A DNA stretch of 64,000 bases from positions 30,080-94,079 of the IMG/VR virus record IMGVR_UViG_3300044712_001034. One strand, 5' to 3'. Below are positions 55,298 to 64,000 of the stretch, piece by piece (position 1 is the first letter of the stretch; the number at the start of each line of letters is the position of its first letter). A program made the translations under genes and the position numbers. The notes beneath the pieces are model-generated. The model was not told where the DNA came from. It did no database searches and saw only the letters and a list, made by a program, of their open reading frames with translations. The stretch comes from a virus.

Positions 55298-58200
55298 TAT
55301 TACAATCAATATAACTGAAACTCCAACTGAAGTTACTATTACCTCTACTGGTTCCAGGGGGCCACAAGGCCTTCCTGGTACTGATGGGCGAGAAGTAGAG
55401 CTTCAATTAGGAGCTACTTATGTCCAATGGAGATATGCAGGAGAATCTACTTGGAACGATCTAATCGCAGTAGCAGACTTAGTTGGTCCCCAAGGACCAG
55501 TAGGCGTAAGCGGTTTACAGGGTATTCAAGGTATCCAAGGTCTTCCCGGTGATGATGGTAGAGAAATAGTATTAGATGCTAACGCTACTCATATTGTCTG
55601 GCAATATTCAGGTGATGTATCTTGGACTAATCTAGTTGCTTTAGCTGATCTAAAAGGAGAGCAAGGCGATATAGGTCTAACTGGCCCCCAAGGACCAATA
55701 GGGCCTAGTGGCGTAGCTGGAACTCCTGGAACAAATGGAGTAGCAGGAGCAGATGGTAGAGAAGTAGAATTACAAAAATCTGCTACACATGTTCAATGGA
55801 AATATGATACAGACGTTGTTTGGACAGATTTAGTAGCTTTAGCTGATCTACAGGGCGCACAAGGTCTAACAGGTCCAGAGGGTCCACAAGGACCAGCAGG
55901 ACCAAGCGGAATTGGTATTCAAGGTCCAATGGGACCAGAAGGTCCAGTAGGTGCTAGTGGTTTACAAGGGCTACCAGGAACTAATGGTGCTGACGGTAGA
56001 GAAGTTGAACTACAGAATAATGGAACAGTAATCCAATGGAAGTATGATACTGATGTATCTTGGACAGACTTAGTTGCTATTAGTGGTCTAAAAGGCGACA
56101 AGGGTGATACTGGTTCTGCCGGAGCTACTGGCGCTACGGGTCCACAAGGTCCAGTTGGGGCGAGTGGTTTACAAGGAGTTGCCGGACTAGACGGAAGCTC
56201 AGTCTTAAATGGAACTGATGTTCCTCACTTAGCTGATGGTGATGCTGGCGACTTTTACATAAACACCACAACGCATGTTATTTATGGCCCTAAAGTAACA
56301 AGTAGTGGATCTGCTTCGGTTATTACTATACAACCTGACGAGGCTTCTGGATACGATACATATATCAACTCTAATGGTGGTAATTTAAACTTTGGAACAA
56401 ATGTCGCTTTGCTTGTTGGCGGTGATGCAACTTTAGCCAATAGGCCAAAAAGAGCATTAATAAAAGTTAGTTTATCCGGCGTTCCAACAAATATAGATGT
56501 GCTTAGCGCACAACTTTCGGTATATTGTACAGCAGAAAACGACACTAGTGACCAAACCTTAAACATAAATAAAGCTTTAATAGAGTGGTTTGAGGGAGAT
56601 CAGTCACAAGGTCTTAGCTTAGGTGGAAGCTCTTTCTATTATAGAGTGTATAATACTATTGGTTGGACAGACGGGGTAGATGGAGGAAAGCCAGGAACAG
56701 ATTATACTGCGGCTGCTACATCTTCTGTAGTAGTTAGTGGAATTAATACTTGGTATACCTTTGATGTAACTACCGATGTTCAATCTATTCTAGATGGGTC
56801 AAGCCCTAATTATGGTTGGTTTGTAATTGGTGAAAACGAAAACACAGTCGGAACTGTAAAAACATTTGCTAGCTCTAACTACGCTACAGCTACTTATAGA
56901 CCAAAGCTAGTAATAACCTATAATGCTGCTGCCTCTTGGGGAGATGGTGTGTCTCTTGTAGGGCCAACTGGCGCTACAGGTCCGGCAGGAACAAATGGTT
57001 TACCTGGATCAGGTATTGCTACTGGTGGAACAGCGGGACAGTTCTTAGTAAAGAAAAGCACTACTAACTATGATACAGAGTGGATTACTACTAATGAAGA
57101 TGGTTATGGTTTCGTATCTAGATCAGAGACTACAATCGCTTTTGATGGAACTAATACCTTTACATTAGCTGATGCTGGCTCTGGTTGGAGTTATTACAGA
57201 GCAGGAAGAAAGTATTCTATCTCTGGCAATAAAACAGCGGTATTATCTGCTACTCCACCCGCAGCTAAGGGTATGTACTATATTTACATAGATTCTACAG
57301 ATGGTACTTTATCTGTAGGTACAAGTCCCTGGACACTTGATTTAGGCGACACGAAAGTTCCTGTAGCTACTATAGCTTGGGATAATGCACTAACTCCTAA
57401 ATATTGGTTACACGATGAAAGACACTCTTCAGCGTATCCAAGACGAGTTCATTGGCACGAGCATATTCTAGAGGGCACTCAGCTAAAAAGCGGTGGTGTA
57501 GTCGCTGGTTATACTGTAGCCGGTTCTACTGACGCAGAAAACACCTTTGGAGTTACAGAGACAAAAATCGTAGACGAAGATATTGAAATAACTATCTCAG
57601 GTCTTTCTGATCCAAACGGAACTGATTCTGTGTACAACCTTATGTACCGCACAGCAACTACTACTTGGGTATGGGAAACTTCTCCAATGCCTTATCGTTA
57701 TACTGCGGCAGGTTATATTCAGTATGACAATAATGGTACGATGACTGAAGGGCAAACTGGTAGGTATTATAACTCTTACCTTTGCTATACCAACAATGCC
57801 GGAGGTAATGGTTTTACTATTATTCATGGTAGAGGTTCGTTTACTTCTTTGGCTTTAGCCCAAGCAGAAACTCCAACGTTCTCTATGGTAGGGGTTCCTT
57901 TAGACGAATACATTATTGCTTATCAGTTTACTTGGTTTACTAACGCTTCTTACACTACAAAAGGTAAATGTAGATTAGCGGCTACTCCTGTTGAAGTTAA
58001 TACTTCTAGAGTTTCTAGCACAATTGCTACTCCTTTACTATCGCATAATACACTAGCGGGTATACAAGGTGGTACAGCTAATGAGTACTTCCACCTTACA
58101 GCTACTCAGCTATCCGGGATTGTTCCCTCTGGCGGTTATCAAGGCCAAAGATTAGCTAAGTTATCTGATGCTGATTATGACTTTGTTTGGCTACCCCAAG

Positions 58201-59072
58201 ACGCTTTCCCAATTATTTACTTTAGAAACTTACCTGATGTAGATGTTGCAGGTAGAGCAGATGGAGATACCATCATTTACAGCACAGCGGATCAAAGATG
58301 GCACGCACAAGCTCCCGCTACTACAACAACATCTTCTGGTACTAATGCAGGTACAGTTTATACTTATGATATATCTTCACAGATAGCAACTTCGGTTAGT
58401 GGTCACTATACAACTACTTCACAAATAGTAGCAGATCATAACCAAGTATTCTGGAATGGTTTACTACAAGAGCCAACAGCAATTACTGTTGATGGTAATG
58501 GTTATGGGTTTACTTGTGTAGGCTTTGTTCCAGCATCGGGAGACAAATTAGTAGTAGTAACTGCTCTTAGTGGTACTACACATACCCATAACTACGTAGC
58601 TAATCCTATGACTGTTACTGGGGATATGATTATAGCCACTACAAGTGGAGCAGCTACTAGATTACCAGTAGGTGTTTCAGGTCAAGTTCTAAAAACTATT
58701 GATGGTGTTCCCACTTGGTCTAATAACTATTCACAAGCTATCTTTACTGTAGTCGGTACTTTAGTAGTTGCCTCTGGTGCAATTCGCTTATACAACGCTA
58801 CTGGTTCAGCTAAGACAATTTCAAAAGTGTTTCTTAGTGTTTCAACTGCTCCTACTGGGGCTACTATTATTGCTGATATAAACAAGAACGGTACTACAAT
58901 CTTCACTTCACAAGCTAATCGACCAACTATTGCAGTTTCCGGGTTTACTGGAAGTACTACTACAATAAATGTTCCTACTTGGGATGCAGATGAATACCTT
59001 ACTTTAGACGTAGATCAAATTGGCTCCACAATAGCTGGTGCTAATCTCACAGCCCACGTTGTGTATTCATAG
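55290..59072 (+). CDS. collagen-like tail fibre with DNRLRE-like domain
   Basis: Gly-X-Y runs separated by four GRE(V/I)xL..W.Y..W..L modules; DTYI..RALIK..FDVT..NYGW..RPKL. Confidence 0.85.
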   Translation: MDNITINITETPTEVTITSTGSRGPQGLPGTDGREVELQLGATYVQWRYAGESTWNDLIAVADLVGPQGPVGVSGLQGIQGIQGLPGDDGREIVLDANATHIVWQYSGDVSWTNLVALADLKGEQGDIGLTGPQGPIGPSGVAGTPGTNGVAGADGREVELQKSATHVQWKYDTDVVWTDLVALADLQGAQGLTGPEGPQGPAGPSGIGIQGPMGPEGPVGASGLQGLPGTNGADGREVELQNNGTVIQWKYDTDVSWTDLVAISGLKGDKGDTGSAGATGATGPQGPVGASGLQGVAGLDGSSVLNGTDVPHLADGDAGDFYINTTTHVIYGPKVTSSGSASVITIQPDEASGYDTYINSNGGNLNFGTNVALLVGGDATLANRPKRALIKVSLSGVPTNIDVLSAQLSVYCTAENDTSDQTLNINKALIEWFEGDQSQGLSLGGSSFYYRVYNTIGWTDGVDGGKPGTDYTAAATSSVVVSGINTWYTFDVTTDVQSILDGSSPNYGWFVIGENENTVGTVKTFASSNYATATYRPKLVITYNAAASWGDGVSLVGPTGATGPAGTNGLPGSGIATGGTAGQFLVKKSTTNYDTEWITTNEDGYGFVSRSETTIAFDGTNTFTLADAGSGWSYYRAGRKYSISGNKTAVLSATPPAAKGMYYIYIDSTDGTLSVGTSPWTLDLGDTKVPVATIAWDNALTPKYWLHDERHSSAYPRRVHWHEHILEGTQLKSGGVVAGYTVAGSTDAENTFGVTETKIVDEDIEITISGLSDPNGTDSVYNLMYRTATTTWVWETSPMPYRYTAAGYIQYDNNGTMTEGQTGRYYNSYLCYTNNAGGNGFTIIHGRGSFTSLALAQAETPTFSMVGVPLDEYIIAYQFTWFTNASYTTKGKCRLAATPVEVNTSRVSSTIATPLLSHNTLAGIQGGTANEYFHLTATQLSGIVPSGGYQGQRLAKLSDADYDFVWLPQDAFPIIYFRNLPDVDVAGRADGDTIIYSTADQRWHAQAPATTTTSSGTNAGTVYTYDISSQIATSVSGHYTTTSQIVADHNQVFWNGLLQEPTAITVDGNGYGFTCVGFVPASGDKLVVVTALSGTTHTHNYVANPMTVTGDMIIATTSGAATRLPVGVSGQVLKTIDGVPTWSNNYSQAIFTVVGTLVVASGAIRLYNATGSAKTISKVFLSVSTAPTGATIIADINKNGTTIFTSQANRPTIAVSGFTGSTTTINVPTWDADEYLTLDVDQIGSTIAGANLTAHVVYS

Positions 59073-59083
59073 GAGGAACTAAC

Positions 59084-60067
59084 ATGGCAAGAGTATTTAC
59101 AGAAGGTTTTGAGATTGGAGATACTTTGTTTTGGAACGCTTCAGCCGATGGGGGAGGTATAATCTCTACAAACCCTAGGTCGGGGACTTATGCGACAGAA
59201 ACAAACTCTGCAACCGGAGCCACAAAAACATTTACTGGCCTGTCTGAGCTTTACTTAAGGTTTGGATGGAGAGCCACATCTACAGATAATACGTCATATA
59301 GATTTCGTTTTCGTAACTCTACTACTTCGCTGGTTCAAATCAGAGTTACTGGTGGAGGGCTTGCGGCTTACGTAGGAACTACATTAGTAGCCACAGGAGG
59401 TATTACCACACTTCAAGCAAATACTTGGTATCTCTTTGAGTTTCATATTAAGATAGCAGATAGTGGTGGGCGCATTGAAGCTAAAATAGATGGAATACTG
59501 GACATTGACTACACCGGAGATACCAAACCGGGAACAGCAACTACAGTAGATAATATTTACTTAGTAGATTCTTCAACTGGTGCTGTAGATGATCTGGCTA
59601 TGAATGATACTACCGGAGCAACAGATAACTCCTGGTGTGGGGATGGTCGTGTAATTGCACTAACTCCAAATGCAAATGGAGATTCTTCTCAGTTTGTAGG
59701 TTCTGACGGAAATAGCACAGATAACTATTTACTGGTAGACGAAACTCCATCAGACGGGGATACAACATATGTAGCCACTTCAGGAGTAGGTTATGTAGAT
59801 ATGTATAACCTATCTGATACTGGGCTGACTTCAAAGACCATTCTCAGAGTTTGGCCCGAAGCTAGGGCAAGAGAAGCGGTTGCGGCAAGTGGTACATTCC
59901 AACTTGGGGTTAAAACTGGTGGAACAGAATATTGGTCTAGCACACAAACTTTACTAACTTCCTACGCTAGATTCTTAGGAACTGTTCATACTACCAATCC
60001 TCAAACAGGAGTAGCTTGGACAATAGCAGATTTAGATGCAATACAGGCGGGTGTAAAGGTGGTGTAG
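59084..60067 (+). CDS. lectin/concanavalin-like virion protein
   Basis: FTEGFE, NTWYLFEFHI, beta-sandwich pattern. Confidence 0.55.
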   Translation: MARVFTEGFEIGDTLFWNASADGGGIISTNPRSGTYATETNSATGATKTFTGLSELYLRFGWRATSTDNTSYRFRFRNSTTSLVQIRVTGGGLAAYVGTTLVATGGITTLQANTWYLFEFHIKIADSGGRIEAKIDGILDIDYTGDTKPGTATTVDNIYLVDSSTGAVDDLAMNDTTGATDNSWCGDGRVIALTPNANGDSSQFVGSDGNSTDNYLLVDETPSDGDTTYVATSGVGYVDMYNLSDTGLTSKTILRVWPEARAREAVAASGTFQLGVKTGGTEYWSSTQTLLTSYARFLGTVHTTNPQTGVAWTIADLDAIQAGVKVV

Positions 60068-60068
60068 T

Positions 60069-60230
60069 ATGGCTACTAATATTAGAGTCTCTGCTGAAAA
60101 GCTAATAGTAGAGTATGTAGCTACTTACAATGATAGGTTTGTTTCTGCGGTTAAACTGATGGTGGAATACAATGACGTAGTTCCACCAATAACGGTAGAA
60201 TATGGACCACCTTTACAGGTTATGAACTAA
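60069..60230 (+). CDS. small protein with VEY repeats (53 aa)
   Basis: Manual translation MATNIRVSAEKLIVEY...VSAVKLMVEY...ITVEY. Confidence 0.6.
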   Translation: MATNIRVSAEKLIVEYVATYNDRFVSAVKLMVEYNDVVPPITVEYGPPLQVMN

Positions 60231-60493
60231 TGAAGCCCATAACATTTTACTTTTTAGTAGCCCAACTTCTAGATTTATGCACGACAGGAGTTGGGCTACT
60301 CCTAGGGCTTTGGGAAACAAATCCAGTAGGAATAAACCTCAATACTATTATAAGCAAGCTGTTAGTTATTTTACTAGGCGTAATAATATTCTCTAGATTA
60401 AAAATGCCCAAGCTAGCCTGGATAATAGTAATAATATCAGCCATTCCCGTATTATGGAATTTATTAGTAATTACTTGTGAATTACTAGTCTAA
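60230..60493 (+). CDS. DUF5658-like membrane protein
   Basis: LLDLCTT..GL..G.WETNP; three hydrophobic segments. Confidence 0.6.
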   Translation: MKPITFYFLVAQLLDLCTTGVGLLLGLWETNPVGINLNTIISKLLVILLGVIIFSRLKMPKLAWIIVIISAIPVLWNLLVITCELLV

Positions 60494-60501
60494 GGAGAAC
60501 T

Positions 60502-61236
60502 ATGGCAACAAAAATATCATTAGCAACAAATACAAAACCAGACGGTAGCGAGGGACAAGCGTTATTAGTTTACAATGGTGCTCCTGCTTGGAGTTCTTCT
60601 CTAATTACCGGATGGACTACACTCGCTGGAACATACGCTTATGTTAGTGCAAGTACATTTACTATAGTAGGTGATTACACTACTGTATTTACTACTGGTG
60701 TTAAACTAATGCTCAATAATACAACTACTAAGTACTTCTATGTACTTAGTTCTACTTATTCTGCACCTAACACTACAGTAACCGTAACTGGGGGTAGTGA
60801 TTATTCTCTCGCTAATCTAGCGGTTACAGCAGTAAATATAAGTCATCTAACTGCCCCCTCTGGTTTTCCAGATTGGTTCAACTATGCTCCCGCTTTAGCT
60901 GGCTGGTCTTCTGCCCCTGCTACTGCGGTATACAAGTTTAGAATAGATGGTAGAAAGGTAATGGTAGTTGTAAAACAAGCTGGTGCAGCTACTAGCGATC
61001 AGTTGTATCTAATTATTCCCGCCCCAGTAACAGCAGCTACAGTTACTAGCGCTACTTGGGGAGCTTGTTGTTGGGCTGCTACAGATAGTGGAACAGCAGT
61101 AACAGCACCAGCTAGGGCATACATAGGATCAGCAGGTACAAATATAACCTGCACAAAAGATCTTACCGGAGTAACAAATAGCTGGACAGCTTCGGGAACA
61201 AAATTAGTAAACTTCCAATTAGAGTATGAAATATAA
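60502..61236 (+). CDS. tail fibre-related protein
   Basis: YVSASTFT..GD.T..F..G, PSGFPDWF, C-terminal YEI. Confidence 0.65.
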   Translation: MATKISLATNTKPDGSEGQALLVYNGAPAWSSSLITGWTTLAGTYAYVSASTFTIVGDYTTVFTTGVKLMLNNTTTKYFYVLSSTYSAPNTTVTVTGGSDYSLANLAVTAVNISHLTAPSGFPDWFNYAPALAGWSSAPATAVYKFRIDGRKVMVVVKQAGAATSDQLYLIIPAPVTAATVTSATWGACCWAATDSGTAVTAPARAYIGSAGTNITCTKDLTGVTNSWTASGTKLVNFQLEYEI

Positions 61237-61829
61237 TGAAACTAACCGGATTGGAAGTACCTATATTAATCTTCGCAGTATTCTCTTTTATCCTGCTTAC
61301 TTATAAGAGTATAAAGAAAAGAGACATTAGTATTTTTGGTGCAGCTATACCAAGATTGTTTGTCGCCCTTATGATGGGACTAGAAATATATTCCGGATTA
61401 ACACAACCTTTCTTAGTAAGAACTGCACTAATCCTATTACTTCTAAGTGATACTATAACTGGTATGTTACATTATATAGTAGAGAAGCAGATGAACAAAA
61501 CCTACGGAACTGTTATTAGTTCGCTAAGACAAAAACTAAGTGCAGCTTTAGATGGTTCTTTCTCACCTTTCTTCACTATAGATACTACTGGGAGAATAGA
61601 ATACTTGAATGACAGTCTTGCTAATTTAGTAGGACTAGATAAAGAGTATCTAATCGGAAACAATCTTCTAAAGCTATTAGAAATAACTAATACAGTAGAA
61701 GAACTAAAAAAGAATGGAATAGTAGAGTGTAACATCAAAACAAAAGATGGTTATAGAAAAGCTAAGATTATCGGCAAGGAGACACAGAACGGACACATAA
61801 CTATAACTGGTAGTATCTACTTTCTATAG
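61236..61829 (+). CDS. membrane protein with C-terminal PAS domain
   Basis: Three hydrophobic helices then FFTIDTTGRIEYLNDSLANLVGLDKEYLIGNN PAS signature. Confidence 0.75.
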   Translation: MKLTGLEVPILIFAVFSFILLTYKSIKKRDISIFGAAIPRLFVALMMGLEIYSGLTQPFLVRTALILLLLSDTITGMLHYIVEKQMNKTYGTVISSLRQKLSAALDGSFSPFFTIDTTGRIEYLNDSLANLVGLDKEYLIGNNLLKLLEITNTVEELKKNGIVECNIKTKDGYRKAKIIGKETQNGHITITGSIYFL

Positions 61830-61841
61830 TAGGGGGAATAC

Positions 61842-62288
61842 ATGAATTTACAAGACATTGAGCCTAGCATAATAATAGCACTATTCTCCCTGTTAGGTAC
61901 TATAGTTATGGCTTTACTACAACTACGAAAAGACAAGGCAGAAATAAAACGCGCTGCTCAACAACTAGAAATAGAAAATAGTAAAGCAGGAATAGATGCC
62001 GTAGAAAGTATCGCAGATATAGTATTGAAAATGCACAAGCAAGAAATAGATACTTTGAGAGCAATCGCAGAAGATCTAAAATCTAGAAATAAGTATCTAG
62101 AGGAAGAACTAACTAATTGCCAAGTGCAACTAAAAGAAAGAAATAAGATGATAGATGAAATAGAACAAGACTTGCGATCTTGCGCCAAAGATAAATCTAT
62201 AGCATACAATAAGATAGAAGAGTTAATGAGAATCGTTAATTGTGAAATAGATGTAAATGGTAACATAATACCAAAAGAAGGAGGATAA
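61842..62288 (+). CDS. N-terminal TM plus coiled-coil protein (holin/antiholin-like)
   Basis: One TM helix followed by long heptad repeats. Confidence 0.55.
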   Translation: MNLQDIEPSIIIALFSLLGTIVMALLQLRKDKAEIKRAAQQLEIENSKAGIDAVESIADIVLKMHKQEIDTLRAIAEDLKSRNKYLEEELTNCQVQLKERNKMIDEIEQDLRSCAKDKSIAYNKIEELMRIVNCEIDVNGNIIPKEGG

Positions 62289-62292
62289 CAAT

Positions 62293-62796
62293 ATGCCATA
62301 TAACATGGATAAAGATTTAGGGGGAGATAGTAAAGAGAATGATACCTGGATGGAGTTGTCAAGGGGTTATAAAACATTAATAGATCCGGAATACTATGAG
62401 CAATTATCTAAATACAAATGGCATGTGCAATCATGTAAAAGTCAATTATATGCCGCTACAATTATTAATAGAAAAACAGTTTATTTACATAGACTATTAT
62501 TTAATAATCCCACAGAGCATATAGTAGATCATATAAACCACGACACTTTAGATAACAGAAAACACAATCTTAGGTTAGTTAGCAAACAACAAAATTCTTT
62601 TAATTCCAGACCTAAAAACAAGTTATATCCTAAAGGAGTTTGTTTTGATAAACAAACTGGTAAATATATAGCGCAAATAATGATAAACAGTAAAAACTAT
62701 AAATTGGGTCGCTACACTACACCAGAAGAAGCGGCTAATGTTTATGGTGCAAAAGCCCAAGAATTATTTGGTAATTATAATTATAAAGGAGATTAG
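62293..62796 (+). CDS. HNH-AP2 homing endonuclease
   Basis: YLHR, VDHINHDTLDNRKHNLR, KGV..YIAQI..LG.Y..PEEAA. Confidence 0.92.
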   Translation: MPYNMDKDLGGDSKENDTWMELSRGYKTLIDPEYYEQLSKYKWHVQSCKSQLYAATIINRKTVYLHRLLFNNPTEHIVDHINHDTLDNRKHNLRLVSKQQNSFNSRPKNKLYPKGVCFDKQTGKYIAQIMINSKNYKLGRYTTPEEAANVYGAKAQELFGNYNYKGD

Positions 62797-62798
62797 AT

Positions 62799-63029
62799 AT
62801 GCCATACAATATTGAAGGTGGTGATACACCGGAAAGCACACAATTTATGGAAGATTGTATCCAGAAAGTAATGAAAAAAGGCGCAGATAAAAGCAAAGCA
62901 GTAGCAATCTGTAAAGTAAGCTTTAGAAATATGAAGCGCAATGAAAAGAACATGAAAAAGAATCATGAGTCAAATCATAAAGAAGATCCTAAACATGAAA
63001 AGGGTAAGGAGGATAAAGAAAATGCCTAA
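62799..63029 (+). CDS. small basic protein (C..KAVAICK motif)
   Basis: 76 aa, SD AAGGAG; N-terminus duplicated on upstream HNH gene. Confidence 0.7.
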   Translation: MPYNIEGGDTPESTQFMEDCIQKVMKKGADKSKAVAICKVSFRNMKRNEKNMKKNHESNHKEDPKHEKGKEDKENA

Positions 63030-63066
63030 GAAAGGTAAGAAATCAACAAGAAAAGGTAAATGCTAA
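63022..63066 (+). CDS. 14-aa basic micropeptide MPKKGKKSTRKGKC
   Basis: SD AAGGAGGA upstream, overlaps previous stop, just before terminator. Confidence 0.4.
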   Translation: MPKKGKKSTRKGKC

Positions 63067-63079
63067 TAATATCTAATAA

Positions 63080-63112
63080 TAGCCAGTATATAACAATACT
63101 GGCTAATTTTTT
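63080..63112 (+). terminator. terminator ending late region
   Basis: TAGCCAGTAT/ATACTGGCTA stem plus TTTTTT. Confidence 0.8.
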
Positions 63113-63303
63113 ACCTATTTATATTATATACTAATTTAGTATACGTTTCTAAATTGAAAAATTTTTTACATTTAAATTTTTTGGGGTCGTTTTATTGTAA
63201 ATTATGTGAGTTACATCAAATAGGAAATATATAAGTAGCGTCTTTAGGTTATAAATAAAAACGTGTATTACACGTCTGTGAGTGACACACGGGGGCCTGG
63301 TGT

Positions 63304-63343
63304 AAAATAAATCCCCCCGGTTTTATTTTACTACCGGGGGGAT
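63304..63343 (-). terminator. terminator for leftward genes
   Basis: ATCCCCCCGGT/ACCGGGGGGAT stem with T-tract on minus strand. Confidence 0.8.
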
Positions 63344-63361
63344 AGAAAGTATTAATATTCG

Positions 63362-63559
63362 CTATTCAATTTTATACTTGACTAGATATGATGTGATTAT
63401 ATCCAATATGTAGGAAAGTTTACTTCCCACAACCCTAAAGAAAACTTTATCACTTAGGGTATACACAAAATCCACTTGATAATAATTATCCTCCCTTTCA
63501 ATAATGTAAATAACCGCAAGATCATAAACCAAGCGCGCTATTATCCTCTTATAACCCAT
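63362..63559 (-). CDS. hypothetical protein
   Basis: 65-aa ORF. Confidence 0.5.
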   Translation of the reverse strand: MGYKRIIARLVYDLAVIYIIEREDNYYQVDFVYTLSDKVFFRVVGSKLSYILDIITSYLVKYKIE

Positions 63560-63743
63560 AGATAAATGACCTTATCGTTACAATCCCAAAACTTATAACT
63601 TGACTCGCTAAATATACTGCAGCTACAATCAGGATAAATTGTAGCACGTGCTTTACTGCAAACGCTACAATTCGATACAGAAAAGGAAAACACACCCAAC
63701 AAATTACCACAATTCCCAAAAGTACTAGAATGTTTGTTATCAT
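63549..63743 (-). CDS. small two-TM membrane protein
   Basis: 64 aa, SD AGGAG. Confidence 0.6.
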   Translation of the reverse strand: MITNILVLLGIVVICWVCFPFLYRIVAFAVKHVLQFILIVAAVYLASQVISFGIVTIRSFIYGL

Positions 63744-63787
63744 TTCTTTTCTCCTATTTTCTGAAAAAATTCTTTCCTCTATTAAAA

Positions 63788-63820
63788 AGAAAATGGGAGA
63801 ATATTTCTATTCTCCCATTT
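63788..63820 (-). terminator. terminator
   Basis: AAATGGGAGAATA/TATTCTCCCATTT stem with T-tract on minus strand. Confidence 0.65.
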
Positions 63821-63827
63821 TAGGTTA

Positions 63828-64000
63828 TTACTCTAAGGAGAGTAGATCAATACTCTCCTCTTTTTCAACGGTATTGTTAGACCTATCTCCATTATTGGAT
63901 TTTCGGCCACGTTCTGGTTTAAGAACCCATGACAATGGAGATCCCTCAAAACTTGCAAGCATAGAAATAAAGTCAAACTGCACTACCTTTATTGAAATGT
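63828..64000 (-). CDS. 3' end of a CDS entering from beyond the window
   Basis: Open frame ...SWVLKPERGRK...IDLLSLE stop. Confidence 0.5.
   Translation of the reverse strand, partial: ISIKVVQFDFISMLASFEGSPLSWVLKPERGRKSNNGDRSNNTVEKEESIDLLSLE

Noticed and set aside
43821-59834. Short antisense ORFs within tail genes (likewise inside polA, recA, glf)
   Set aside because: Shadow frames of long sense genes with no recognisable motifs
53804-61236. Diversity-generating retroelement targeting fibres
   Set aside because: No reverse transcriptase and no template/variable repeat pair seen in the window
63202-63223. CRP-like site TGTGA-N6-TCAAA
   Set aside because: Single imperfect match with no adjacent promoter or downstream gene; treated as part of the repeat pair instead

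Overview
A 64-kb segment of an AT-rich tailed dsDNA bacteriophage genome (siphovirus-like: tail tube, G/GT chaperones, tape measure, no sheath gene recognised; no integrase seen), read in the standard genetic code. 1-17,040 is on the minus strand: a DNA methyltransferase, an array of 14 tRNAs with two structured non-tRNA spacers, nucleotide enzymes and a replication/recombination module (DnaB, RecA, PolA, SSB, RNase H, PD-(D/E)XK nuclease, resolvase) with a stand-alone tRNA-like RNA. A divergent control region at about 17,015-17,335 holds four near-consensus sigma70-type promoters, all with 16-bp spacers. The plus strand then carries Dcm, a probable TerS, an 8-kb sugar synthesis/glycosyltransferase/methyltransferase cluster (GT11, Glf, HddA, GmhA, GT25-GT2, GT2), a GH25 lysin, TerL, portal, head genes (the major capsid gene is split by a group I intron with a LAGLIDADG gene), a GT4 among the neck genes, tail genes with a -1 frameshift, collagen-like fibres, membrane genes including a PAS-domain protein, and an HNH-AP2 endonuclease fused to a duplicated gene start. 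The best candidate for an undescribed system is a phage-encoded virion O-glycosylation pathway acting on Ser-Gly motifs enriched in decoration, baseplate and fibre proteins. All calls come from reading motifs by eye; no searches were run.
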